Shown here: piece after piece, positions 39,396 through 51,019 of the stretch | How the letters are laid out: the number at the start of each line of letters is the position of its first letter | Numbering within the stretch: the first letter of the stretch is position 1 | From: Octopus sinensis | Taxonomy: Eukaryota | Assembly: GCF_006345805.1 (NCBI RefSeq) | Contig: NC_043009.1 | Location: 39,556,001 to 39,620,000 of the forward strand | Length of the DNA stretch: 64,000 nucleotides | Direction: 5' to 3' | Made by a program: the position numbers and the translations under genes | The notes under the pieces: generated by a model | Databases searched by the model: none | What the model saw: the letters and a program-made list of their open reading frames with translations, nothing else | What the model was told of the DNA's origin: nothing

Positions 39396-39705
39396 GAGGC
39401 GCAATGACCCAGTGGTTAGGGAAGCGGACTCGCGGTCGGAGGATCGCGGTTTCGATTCCCAGATCGGGCGTTGAGTGTGTTTATTGAGCGAAAACACCTA
39501 AAAGCTCCACGATGCTCCGGCAGGGGGGGGGGGGTGGCGACCCCTGTTGTTCTCTTTCGCCACACCTTTCTCTCATTCTCTCTTCCCGTTTCTTGAGTAA
39601 GGCTGCGATGGACTGGCATCCTGTCCACCTGTGGGGAACTCATACGCCACAGAAACCGGGAAACCGAGCCCATGAGCCTGGTTAGGCTTGAAAAGGGGCG
39701 AAAAA
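39396..39705 (+). mobile_element. tRNA-derived SINE with V-domain-like core (family C)
   Basis: TGACCCAGTGGTTAG (A box), GGTTTCGATTCC (B box), and GCTGCGATGGACTGGCATCCTGTCCA, which is V-domain-like from recall. Confidence 0.8.
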
Positions 39706-42362
39706 GAAAAGAAGTCATATATTTAACAGTATCATTTTCTGGGTATTATCTGTTGTGTCAAAAATTAATTATAGTGCTTAATTTTAAACTTCATAATTAA
39801 ATGAGAGACAAAAATAGCAGCGGGTGGGATATAATTAGCCAAGTAAATTAAAATACGGTTCTAATCATGACTGGGAATTTACTTTTCAGAGACCTTAACG
39901 GTGCCCTTTGGTTGTAGTGCATTATGTTATATATTGATTTATCGGGTAGGAGACAGTTTATCACAGCCGTTTCAGTGCCGCCTATAAGGCGTTGTTGATT
40001 CGAAGCTGACCTATTTGAAATTGGACGTTTTAGTTTATTTCTCTCTCTGCCCCACGCTTTGTTTGTTTGATTCTTTCTTTCTTTTTTCTACTCTTTGTTT
40101 ACATGAATGAGTACAGTAAACAAATCGTTCGATTCTTTTTAGGTATCAACAGACACATCCACCTTCAAAAATCGAATGCCACTTGAAAACCAACAGCGGT
40201 ACAAAAGAACAGATATGTATTATTTCTTAATAAAGTATGATATATTATGAAATGACACTGTCTATTCTTATTTAGAAATACAAGAAAACAACTGATGCAT
40301 TAATATACAAAGGGCACAAATGAGATTTTCGACAGTGTTGACTACGTTCTTCCAAAATCATTTGAGTTAAGTTTATGTCACTTCACGTTGTATCTCAGAG
40401 AGGGTAATTATGACAATAATAAACAAACGTACCAGTTCTATTGCACTTCCTTGTTTTATTAGTGAATTGGTCAACCACTTCTCCAATCAACTAATCGATT
40501 GTTTGACTAATTGTTCAGTCAATCAATCAATCAGTGAGGTTTGTGGCCATTCGCTACCTCATCATTGGCACGCTCTCTCTACTCCAAGTCAGCATCAAGC
40601 CAGATTGACTGACTGATTAATCAAAGAATAGATCAGTTGATAACTAAATCGATCAGTTGATAGGTAAAATGGTAAAGTAACTAAGAAATATAGGGAATTG
40701 AAATGGAAGCAGTGCGTGTGCTTATTTTGGCATAATGACACTCCCGAAATAAAAGCAAAAGATATTTCAGCACACAAGTTTATATTAAGAATCTTGCAAA
40801 CCAAACAAAGAATAATAATAATAAAAAAACGAAATTAATTACTTAAGTTATGTCGTTTATCTATATTTATTTTTGTCATATTTTCCTGTCCGTAAGTTCC
40901 GTTCGGGATATAATTTTCAAATTTATAGGTTTGTTTTTCCATTTTTCCTAATCTCAGTTGCCATTAAATCATTATATTCACATTTTATACCCTCGAACAA
41001 TACTACAATGGAACCACCTTTGCGCTTAATTTTTTTCCCTCGCAACCGGGAACCTTCAGAGTACACCCACCTATTACACTTTTCCAAAGGATTCTCCAGC
41101 TTAGTCTCCCACCTCCAAGCCTTTCTCCATAGTCTAATGAATAAAATACAAATGCAAATCTAATCCAGTGGGCGAGATTCATTTATATAACTGAGGCCAA
41201 TCAAAAATTTATGCCCTTTCTATGTTCAATCTGTCACGTCCATTTATGAATAACGAAAATAATATAAATCGTTATCCGGTCATAACTCAATATGAAAAAA
41301 TCAATAGCGAATTTATTATTTCTAAAAGAAAGTTGATGGATTTCACTTTAAAGGGAATTCTATATAGGAGTTTCTATTTAAAGAAATCGGAATTGATAAT
41401 AACAATTACTCGCTTGGTATATGTAATATGCATGTGATGTGCCATCAAATTATTACCTGATATTTCTGGTAATTGATACCGCTAAATGTAATAAGTCATC
41501 TGCATTGTGCTAAAAGAGAAGTAATCTCTTTTAATTTATGTTTGTTCTTCATCACTATCTTCGGAGATATATTGTTTGTCATGCTATTATATGTGTATGA
41601 CTATATACATAGACACACACCTACATGCATACCTATACATATATATGTGTGTGCATGTATAAGTATATATGTATACACACATATGTACGTATGTATATTG
41701 AGTAAATGAAAATTGCTGTCAGTTCACTTTTGCTTCATGATGAAAGAGTTTTACTTAAATCGTTTTCCTATTCATATCTCAGATAATGAAAAATAAATAG
41801 CATTTCAACTATTGGAAGGCACAAACTTATGACAATTGTACGTTAACGTTTCGAAAATATATGCAACTCAGCAGCTTAGGGCAACTAATCGATGCTGAAT
41901 GACATTTGAAGTTACAAATCTAGATGCTGTTGCATATTGCGTAGATCCTTTTCCTTTTAGGAAATAAGCCATGTAGCAGTATAGCTGCATCAACCAATAT
42001 AAAGAGAAAGTAACTTCATAACTCTATTTATTGAGATATATCCTACACACAGTTTTCCTAAAAGTAAAATTTTCCTTAAAACGCCTTTCACTCCAACTTG
42101 TCATTTGTAATTTATTTTTTTCCTCGTAATGTACTTTTCTTCTGAAAAAAAAAGAAAAGAAGAAAATAATATGACAATGCTATTAATTCACCAGTGAACT
42201 GAAAAGATATCAAACCTGTTATATTTATCATAGTCTATCGTTTAAACACGAATATAAGTTTACCAGACAATGCTAAAGAAACGACACATTACATAACCTT
42301 AATGTATGATAGAAGCGAGCATGATTTAATAGTAACTACTATCCTTTCATTACTTCTTTTAG

Positions 42363-42447
42363 GTGCCTACATAGCTGTCAGAAGACGGAAACTCTCTACC
42401 TCCTATCCTGGAACCAACAGAATATCGAGTATATAACAACTAGAAAG
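42363..42447 (+). CDS. Candidate 85-nt exon (unverified)
   Basis: Acceptor atcctttcattacttcttttag|G and donor AAG|gtgaga. Phase 2-0 reads CLHSCQKTETLYLLSWNQQNIEYITTRK; phase 1 reads AYIAVRRRKLSTSYPGTNRISSI*. Confidence 0.4.
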
Positions 42448-42464
42448 GTGAGATATTTCTCTAC

Positions 42465-42620
42465 CACAAGGGTAGCATACGTTTTCAGCTGCACGAACTG
42501 GAGAAACGTAAAACGAACCGCCTTTTCCAAGAACATAGCTCATCACTCACCCCAGGAATGGAACCTAAGACTTTACGATTGGAAGATTAATACCGTAATC
42601 ACTAGGCCACCGTGCCTTCC
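42465..42620 (-). mobile_element. Degenerate tRNA-derived SINE head (family C-like)
   Basis: Reverse strand GGAAGGCACGGTGGCCTAGTGATTA...GGTTCCATTCC...GTTCTTGG. Confidence 0.55.
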
Positions 42621-42806
42621 CTAGACATCTTCACTACAGTATTGTAATAAGTATCTAAAAAAACTTTGTTACATATTTTACATTATAATGTTGCAGTATT
42701 CGTTTCACATTCACAGAAATTAAATTTGTGAATAATTACTAATTTACATTAAATTACAACAGCCATTTTCCACTGTTATCTTCAGGTTGGTTTTTTATGT
42801 TTTCAG

Positions 42807-42836
42807 TTATCTACAGTTATTAACCAGATTACTCTG
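42807..42836 (+). CDS. Candidate 30-nt exon (unverified)
   Basis: Acceptor ggttttttatgttttcag|T (alternative at 42786, same frame) and donor CTG|gtgagt. LSTVINQITL is in frame with 42363-42447. Confidence 0.35.
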
Positions 42837-42997
42837 GTGAGTTTTGGGTGGGAGGATTTTAAAGACAAAAGCGAATATAGATTTAGTTTAAGACGGAACT
42901 GAAAACAAAAAAGAATACTCGTGTTGATTCAATCGTGTGTAACAGTCAGATGGAAATTTCTTACTTTAGTAATGATAATATTTGAAATTGTAGCTTA

Positions 42998-43200
42998 CAA
43001 TCATCATCGGCATCATCGCCGTCGTCGTAGTCCTCTCCCTCCTCCTACTTCTCCTCCTCCTCCTCCTCTTCCTCTTCCTCCTCCTCCTCATCATCATCAT
43101 CAACCTCTTCTTCAGCATTATCTTCAACACCATAGTCTTCATCGTCGTCATGATCGTCGTCGTCGCCATCATAATTTATCGTCATAACTGTCGTTGCCGC

Positions 43201-43231
<31 letters not shown>

Positions 43232-43363
43232 GTCGTCATCGCTGTCATCGTCGTCTTCGTTACCATTGTCTTCATCACCATTATTCACCTTTTTCCTTTC
43301 TTCTCATCCTCCTCCCCTTCCTCCTCCTCCTCCTCGTCGTAGTCATCATCGTCGTCGTCGTCG

Positions 43364-43395
<32 letters not shown>

Positions 43396-43405
43396 TCATC
43401 ATCAC
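42998..43405 (+). repeat. Mosaic trinucleotide low-complexity tract (CAT/CGT/CCT/CTT)n
   Basis: Direct reading; source of the poly-H/S/P/E/D pseudo-ORFs. Confidence 0.95.
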
Positions 43406-43811
43406 CAACATTATCTGTATCAGTATTTTTACACAGCTATTGTCTGTGTAATAATATCCCGCCAATGGTCTTCTGGCGAGAAAAGACGGTATTTGTTTCC
43501 AATTGTTATTCTCTCTGTTTCTGGTGCACCAACTGGTGCACATCCTTGTTCCTGAAATATGTGTGCAGCATTGTCTTTTGCAGCATGCAGAAATGTGTCT
43601 GCATACTACATGTGTTTTTGTTTGCTGCGAGATTTTTCTTTCATTTCTCTTATTGTTTACTTTACAATTTCACCTATTCTGCAAAATAGTTGCAATGTGC
43701 GTTGTAACACTTTGTTGAGAGGCGTCTGTATTTCAATAAATGGTGTGTGTATATCTATATATATATATATATATGTGTGTGTGTATGTGTATATATATAT
43801 ATATATATATT

Positions 43812-44212
43812 GCTAAAAACGTTAAGACAACAAAAGAAAGAAAGAGACCTCGATATTATGTAAATAGAGGAATTTATCTGTAAATGTAATATGTGACATT
43901 TATTCGGTAGCCAATTCGAAGTTTTATCATGGCTACTGAATAATTGTTACATATTACATATAAAGATATATATATATATATAATATATATATATATATAT
44001 AACGGGAAGCTTTATGAAAATAAACAAAAGACGAAGGCAGGTGGAATACAAACAAACAATTGTATTGGTATGGCGGTCAGGAATATAAATAAAACAAGTC
44101 TTTTACGTTTCGAGCCTACGCTCTTCAACAGAAAGATACACAGAAAAGAAACACGGAAAGAAACAAGGAGAGAAAAAAAATGCTTGCAGAAGCTAGCGAA
44201 TCAACATGGCGA
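43812..44212 (-). mobile_element. Penelope-like terminal repeat remnant
   Basis: Contains the CTGTTGAAGAGCGTAGGCTCGAAACGTAAAAGA motif shared with 24204-24239 and an internal (TA)n. Confidence 0.55.
44099..44136 (-). ncRNA. Variant minimal hammerhead-like motif (loopless stem III)
   Basis: TCTTT - CTGTTGA - A - GAGC/GTAG/GCTC - GAAAC - GTA - AAAGA: 5-bp stem I, 4-bp stem II, palindromic ACGT stem III, A6U core change. Confidence 0.45.
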
Positions 44213-44239
44213 TATATATATATGATGTTTTTATGTGCA

Positions 44240-44555
44240 TTTATGCAGTGTCAGGCATTGCCTACTTTGTGTCCTGTGTGCGTTGCAATGTGTGGGTTGC
44301 ACCTGGGCACGAAAGTTCCTCTCCAAACAAGCAGTCGCCTATGTATACCAGCCTATCTTCTCCGCGATACTGATATTATCCAAGGAAAAGGAAAGGCTGA
44401 TACATCTTGGCACCATGACGTCGCAACTCATTTCTACAGCTGAGTGAACTGGATCAACGTGAAATAAAGTGTCTTGCTCAAGAACACGACTGCCCGGTCC
44501 GGGATTCGAACTCACTACCTCATGATTGTGAGCCTGATGCCCTAGCCACTGAGCT
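44240..44555 (-). mobile_element. tRNA-derived SINE (same head as 1-96)
   Basis: Reverse strand AGCTCAGTGGCTAGGGC...GAGTTCGAATCCCGGACCGGGCAGTCGTGTTCTTGAGCAAGACAC. Confidence 0.75.
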
Positions 44556-44559
44556 TAGT

Positions 44560-45590
44560 GGTTTTTCCTCTGTCTTTATCTTCTGAGTTCAAATGCAGCC
44601 GAGGTCGACTTTGCTTTTCATCCTTTCGATGTCGATAATTTAAGTACCAGTTGTGTACTAGGTCGATCTAATCGACTGGCCTCCTCCCCAAAAATTTCGG
44701 GCCTTGTACATAGAAAAAGAAAAAAAGCGGCGAGCTGGTAGTAACGTTAGCACGCCAGGCGAAATGCGTAGCCGTATTCCGTTTGCCGTTACGTTCTGAG
44801 TTCAAATTCAGCCGCGGTCGACTTTGCCTTTCATCCTTTCAGGGTCGATTAATTAAATACCAGTTACGCACTGGGGTCGATATAATCGACTTAATCCATT
44901 TGTCTGTCCTTGTTTGTCTCCTCTGTGTTTAGCCCCTTGTGGACCATAAAGAAGTAAGAAACCTTAGCATGCCGGGTGAAATGCTTAGCGATATTCCGTC
45001 TGCCATTACGTTCTGAGTTCACATTCCGCCGAGGTCTACTTTGCCTTTCATCCTTTCGGGGCTGATAAATTAAGTACCAGTTGTGTACTGGGGTTGAAGT
45101 AATTGACTGACCCCCTCCTCCAAAATTTCGGGCCACGTGCCTAGAGTAGAAAAGAATATAATATAGGGTTTTAAGACGGTGAGCTGCTAGAGCCGTTAGC
45201 ACAACGGGCAAAGTGCTTAGCAGCATTTCATCCGTCTTCACGTTCTGAGTTCAAATACCACCGATGTGGACTTTGCCTGTCATTCTTTCGGGGTCGATAA
45301 AATAAGTACCAGTTGCATACTGGGTTCGATGTAAGCAGCTTTCCCACTCCCTGAAATTGATGGCCTTGAGCCAAAAATTGAAACCAATATAAAATCATAA
45401 ACTTGTCTATCATAATGTCTTGCCGTATTCTGACTGGTTGCGTTCTGTGTGCAAATTCCTTAGAAGTCCCCTTTGCCTTGCATTCTTTCAGGGTTGATAA
45501 AATAAATACTAGTCAAGTAGTTCGATCGATGTAATTGACGTCCCCCTCCCCACTCAAAATTGGTGGCTTCGTGCCAAAATCAGAAAGAAT
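44560..45590 (+). mobile_element. Tandem array of five SINE family A copies
   Basis: Copies at about 44560-44726, 44727-44955, 44956-45160, 45172-45395 and 45420-45590. Confidence 0.85.
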
Positions 45591-45858
45591 TATGGAGTCC
45601 GATAACGATGCCTTAAATGTGTGAATTGCGGTCTTTTATTGGATGCTTAAGGTTAGCAGTGAGTCTTATTTTATAACCTTTTCGTGAAATTTCATGTGAA
45701 GGTATGTGATTAGGTGGTTGGTGCCTTAAGCATAGAATCACAAACTCGTTGGTATGATTCCTATAGGGTGGTTCCTTGTCTTTCAGCTAGGCACTTCTGT
45801 TTATGCTACACACACTTGAAAAATATACAGCATTAGAGTATTGGTGTAGCCACCCTGT

Positions 45859-45933
<75 letters not shown>

Positions 45934-46139
45934 GTCACAATCCCGATGTTCAGCTAGGTGAATGGTGGGAGAGACAAAAGTGTGATCACATACATACTTA
46001 ATATAATTAGAGATAGCATAATATATGTTACTTCCATATCTTTTGTGAGTGACGGGTACTTATTGTAATTCCAGAGTTTAAGTTGTATAACATTTTCTAA
46101 TGTAACTACTGAATTGAGTATGTATGTTATATACAGACT

Positions 46140-46236
46140 GCGTACATTTTGAGTATATATGTTGTGTAAAGAGTGCGTACATTTTGAGTATATATGTGCG
46201 TACATTTTGAGTATATATGTGCGTACATTTTGAGTT
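46140..46236 (+). repeat. 23-bp minisatellite (GCGTACATTTTGAGTATATATGT), about 3.7 copies
   Basis: Units at 46140, 46175, 46198 and 46221 (partial). Confidence 0.9.
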
Positions 46237-46398
46237 GTGCTACTGAATAGCAAGCATGCGACAATATTTTGGACTTTGAAACACAATGAGTCCTAGGATA
46301 GATTATAATGAGTTTGCTCATATACTTTTAATATCAATTGGTTCGGGTTATTATTGATAGTGTTTTTAATACTATGCCTCATATCATAAAATAAATAA

Positions 46399-46647
46399 AT
46401 GCGCCCTTTTAAAGCCTAGCCAGGCTCATGGGCCCGGTTTCCTGGTTTCTACAGCATATGTGTTCCCCAGCAGGACGGGACGCCAATCCATCGCAGCGTT
46501 ACTCATTTTTGCCAGCTGAGTGGACTGGAGCAACGTGAAATTAAGTGTTTTGCTCAAGAACACAAAGCGTCGCCCGGTCCAGAAATTGAAACCACAATCT
46601 TACGATCATGATGCTGACACCCTAACCACTAAGCCACGCGCCTCCAC
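46399..46647 (-). mobile_element. SINE family C (V-domain-like)
   Basis: Reverse strand GTGGAGGCGCGTGGCTTAGTGGTTAG...GCTGCGATGGATTGGCGTCCCGTCC...GGCTTTAAAAGGGCGCAT; same tail as 39396-39705. Confidence 0.85.
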
Positions 46648-46759
46648 GCCTCATATCATGCCTATTTCAAATTCAACTCTGATAGATTTTCGATCCTCAT
46701 TCGGGCAATGTGTTGGTTGAAGATATCTAGACACCTGATAAAAAATACAGGTATTTTTG

Positions 46760-48500
46760 CAATGATATTTGAATTGTTTCATTTACCTTCTTCTCCGTCT
46801 GGGCAACAAAGTCTTGAACGATTATGGACAAATCGTTTTATCAATTCTTTCTGATCTTCACATGACTTAATGTAATCACACTTTGGTTCTGCCTCTTTTA
46901 TCTTTATTTTTTGCTGGGAAGTCTTTCACCCAGTGTCGTAATCAAGATTTCTCCCGTTCCAGCCATGAATTCTACGCTTCTTAGTTAGTAATGCAATATT
47001 TTGTTCCGCATTTCAAACATGTTCACTTACTTTAGCTATTGGTCTGTAAAAACTTTTCTTGGCAGTTCCTTGCTACGGCATTCTGTAGCATCAAATTTTA
47101 ACATACTGTTTTTCTTTTCTCACAATTCCTGTTGTGTCTTCTTTCCCCCCACAGATCTATCTATCATTTCACCCTCTGTTTTCTAATTGTTGGCTTCCTT
47201 TCAGACAGAAAACAGTTTCTTTCTCTGTTTTGTTCGTGTTTCGTAGCTATTACTATTAATTTTCCATTATTCTTGACAAGATATTTTCTAGTCTTACACT
47301 GGGTATTATATAATATTGGTATTTAATAAAATAAAGCCCCACCTTTCTGTATTCGTTGAAAATATATTATTTCTATATCAAAGTTTAGATGGTATATCTT
47401 AAATGCAGTCACATTAGTTCTTGCTTTTCGGTCAGTCGTGTCATTTAATTTAGTTTAGCTGGGAATATTATAATTATATCTTATTACTTAGAAAGTTAAA
47501 GTAGGGAAGACTATTATCTTTTATTTTTTATTTAGCTCTTTCTGAGTATTACTCTAATACTCTGCCATATTCATTTCTCATCTTTTCTCTCGGTTCTGTC
47601 TTTTGTACTTCCTTTGGTTCATTTTATCCTAACAATTTTAAATGGTTCATTTTATCCTAACAATTTTAAAGTTTTCTGACATTTTTTGTTTTATATATTG
47701 CATGATATTGGTTATTATGGTAGTGTTCCCTCCTTTTAAGGTTGCTATGGCTAATTTTGTAAAACCATAATCTTAAAGCAATTACGCCAGTAACCTCGAC
47801 GGCTCTCTGATCTGGGTGAGTTTTGCCAGTTGTCACTCATCTGTTGCGTACAAGTTGAGACCTTCCACATAGCAACGAATTTTATTATCTTGCCACAGAA
47901 TTCTTACCCCGGTCCTTTTTACTAGTCTGCTAAAAGGAGTCAGTGACAGACAGACAAAAGAGTGGGGAGATGTAGTCCATTTGGAATATTAGTATTGCGA
48001 TGGAGAATGGTTTGACTTTTATTGTCATTTTTTGTTGTTTGTGTATACACAATCGTTTATCACTTACTTAAAGTCTTTTACATATGTGCTTATTGATATA
48101 ACTTTATAGTTAAGATTTCTAAGATCAACGTATGAATTACTCTGTCAAGAGTAATTATAATAATTCATATCCTACTCAGATTGTTCCTTACCATTTTACA
48201 ATCTTCGGTTATGGCTTTATTAATCAGTAATTGGTCATTATAACCAAATGAATATCTCTCCCTGCATTCTGTGAGCAGAGTATTTATTCCTGATGCCTCT
48301 TTATCCTTTACAATATTATTGCAGTTAAGGATAAAAGGAGGCTGGTTGTGGTGCTATAGTTTTTAGCATTTGCTGTTTCATTAAAATTTAAAGAGGCTTG
48401 ATCCTTTGTAAGTATGCTAGTGATATTTTGTCCCTAGCTCCGCCATCATCTCATTAAGTTTCTTTGACAGTGCCTTATGGGCAGCAGTTAAATATTTTAA
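46760..48500 (-). mobile_element. R4/Dong-clade non-LTR retrotransposon relic (RT region)
   Basis: LWLKYLTAAHKALSKKLNEMM and YNDQLLINKAITEDCKMVRNNLS match the FWLKxL..H and CKDQLLINKxI motifs. Confidence 0.75.
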
Positions 48501-48669
48501 CCAAAGGTTTCTGATCTCATCATGCCAAGATATCTGTCCTTGCTTGTACTTTTCGTGGCATCTAGGATAATTTTGATATGATTATGACCTCTACAACTAA
48601 CACTTGAACTTCCTTTGCTGTAATATACAAAATTATTAGAACTCGAGACAAAGTACCTTGCAATATTTG

Positions 48670-48830
48670 CTTTGGCTCTTTTCATTCTGAATTTAAATTC
48701 CACCGAGGTCATCTTTGCATTTTATCTTTCTGGAAACGACAAAATAAAATACCAATAAAGTTCTGGCATCGGCTACTGTACCTGCCCTCGAAATTGCTGG
48801 CGTTTTACCTAAATAAGAATCTATTATTAT
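48670..48830 (+). mobile_element. Degenerate SINE family A (3' part)
   Basis: AAATTCCACCGAGGTCATCTTTGC...CTCGAAATTGCTGGC. A similar remnant lies at about 49400-49550. Confidence 0.55.
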
Positions 48831-48869
48831 TTTGACCAGAAATATATATTATTATACCAGAAAGACAAC

Positions 48870-49385
48870 AATGAGCATGTATACATAGACCGTTGCATCC
48901 TAGAGATAGTATCGAGAAGCTACACCTACCACGGAAGGAAAGACGGAGATGAATGACATTGATAAAATATTGTATAGAAATGGCAGAACGTTATATAGAA
49001 AAATATGTGAGAAATAACAGGAAAACTGGTTTTAGTCTTTAGAGGAGAGGTATAAGAAATTGTGGAGACGGGGAAAGAATGCAAGTAACGAAGACAACAA
49101 GAGCAAGAATGAACCGTATTAGGAAAATAGCTGCGCGGTCATCGTCTCAGACAAGTACATGATGTTGCAGCAGGTGAATTTTGTTTATTGTTCAAGAATG
49201 GAAGAATCAAAACAGAAAGGGAAAGACTCATTATAACTCCTGAAAGCCAGTCATTCCGAACGAATGTCATTATACAAGAATAGATAGAACTGTGTGAAAG
49301 TTTTAAGTGCAGAATGCTTAACGAGAAAGAGGAATCCGCTGTGCACATAATAAGTTCTTGTGCTTCTTTAACGCACAACGATAGT
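48870..49385 (+). mobile_element. R4/Dong relic, zinc-knuckle region
   Basis: GRIKTERERLIITPESQSFRTN...KCRMLNEKEESAVHIISSCASLTHND matches KxETEG..QDQ...CRxC...HIxSxC. Confidence 0.7.
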
Positions 49386-49589
49386 TATGACGACATTTCT
49401 CCTGACTCTTTCCAACCTCACTTCAAATTTCACCGAAGTCAACTTTCACTTTCACTCTTCCGGAATCAATCGAGTACCATTCGAGCACTGGCATCGATGA
49501 CATCGACTAGTGCCCCTACCCAGGAAATTGCGAGGCTTTTGCCTAATTATTATCATTATCATTGTTGTTTACTTTTCATCTGCATGTTT

Positions 49590-49888
49590 GTTGCAAAATT
49601 TGCCGTGACACAATCAGTAGACTTGGGCAAGTGAAGGATACGACATGGTACAGTGCAACTGAAATCTTGGGGAGGGGCAGTAGCGAAATATCTTCATGTA
49701 ATACTATATAGACATTTAAATTGATAGGGTTTTTCAAAGGATGTGGGCAGTATTTGTCAGTAGAATCTTTTGAATTTCTCTGAGATATGGTTTTCCTGGG
49801 ATGTTGTCTAGAGGTTTCTGACATCACTTTCTTATCATACTTAGAACATCTACAATAAGTGGAACAAGTTATGTTTTTAAGATGCCAC
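49590..49888 (-). mobile_element. R4/Dong C-terminus plus 3' UTR
   Basis: PLIVDVLSMIRK*CQKPLDNIPGKPYLREIQKILLTNTAHIL*KTLSI* matches the RLE terminus. Starts directly after (AAT)n at 49889-49961. Confidence 0.8.
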
Positions 49889-49889
49889 A

Positions 49890-49943
<54 letters not shown>

Positions 49944-49961
49944 GTTGTTGTTGTTGTTATT

Positions 49962-50612
49962 GTTATCGGCAGTGAATCTTCCTGAAAAATCCCTCTTTTT
50001 ATGGTTATAGGGTAGGTTGTAATAAATTGTGAGACATTTTTCAATGTTATGCTGGTTTTCCAATTTGCCATTACATGTTTAATATATTCTAGTAGTGGAG
50101 GGGCTACCTTATGTGGACGGATATTCCTGTAGACATGAGTGTGGAACACTGTCGAATACTTTCTGGTAATCAATCTAAGTGAGTGGAGGCACATGGCCTA
50201 GTGGTTAGAGCAACGGACTCGCGGTCGAGGGATCGCGGTCGAGGTATCGCGGGTTCAAATCTCATACCGGGGGATGTGTGTGCTTATGAGCGAAACACCT
50301 AAGCTCCACGTGGATCCGGCAGAAAGTAATGGCGAACTTCTGCTGACTCTTTCGCCACAACTTTCTCTCACTCTTTCCTCCTGCATCTTGCAGCTCACCT
50401 ACGACGGACCGGCGTCCCGTCCAGATGGGGAATCTATACGCCAAGGAAACCGGGAAACCGACCCTTATGAGCCAGGCATGGCTCGAGAAGGAACACAAAC
50501 AATCAATCTAATTCTTGTTCAGTTCTGTCTTTCTCCTCTTGCAGTCCTCTATAATGGTGCCGTGTACCAGAATTTGCCCCTTGCAGCTTTACATCCTTTT
50601 CCGCCACCCTTT
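49962..50612 (-). mobile_element. R4/Dong RT fragment interrupted by a SINE
   Basis: Removing the SINE joins KGWRKRM*SCKGQILV..IIEDCKRRKTEL..IDYQKVFDSVPH to NWKTSITL...IKRGIFQEDSLP. Flanked by (TAA)n on both sides. Confidence 0.85.
50183..50495 (+). mobile_element. SINE family C with 11-bp target site duplication
   Basis: TGGCCTAGTGGTTAG and GGTTCAAATC boxes; AATCAATCTAA at 50168-50178 and 50501-50511. Confidence 0.9.
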
Positions 50613-50614
50613 AC

Positions 50615-50649
<35 letters not shown>

Positions 50650-50651
<2 letters not shown>

Positions 50652-50885
50652 GCCGCCTTAGCGTACGTGGGGGTGGGGCATTGTTTTCAGTAGTGATTTT
50701 TCTTTGCCTATGGACAAGATATTTGAAGAACCACTGGATGGGTTCGGATGAAACTTTCAGGGATGTTTGACCTCCTGACTGGCACGAACCGAGTTGTGTT
50801 TGGAATCTATCCGGTACCGATCAAGGATTCTGGATTATTTGTTATATTTACTTTACTTCAATTGACATTATTTCACTCTTACGTT
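50650..50885. repeat. Unclassified interspersed repeat remnant
   Basis: TGGATGGGTTCGGATGAAACTTTCAGGG...ATCCGGTACCGATCAAGGATTCTGGATT is recognised from recall as a common dispersed repeat; single copy in this window. Confidence 0.35.
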
Positions 50886-51019
50886 TACTTTCAAGTCTTT
50901 CTTTGATTATCTCCCTTGAAAGCACGCTTATTTCGAAGAGTCGTCGTCGTCATCATCATCATCATCATATCAAGAACAACAACATCGCCATCATCACTAT
51001 TGATTTTAATATTTTTATT

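Noticed and set aside
39940-39995. Minus-strand CGCC/GGCG hairpin plus GAAACGGCTGTG
   Set aside because: No CUGANGA core; too degenerate to call.
42921-43689. Poly-His/Ser/Pro/Glu ORFs resembling low-complexity proteins
   Set aside because: A mosaic of trinucleotide repeats open in several frames on both strands, with no splice signals or unique coding context.
46140-46236. 23-bp repeats as a CRISPR array
   Set aside because: Units are directly adjacent without unique spacers; a minisatellite.
47615-47670. 28-bp tandem duplication TGGTTCATTTTATCCTAACAATTTTAAA
   Set aside because: A simple slippage duplication inside a dead LINE.
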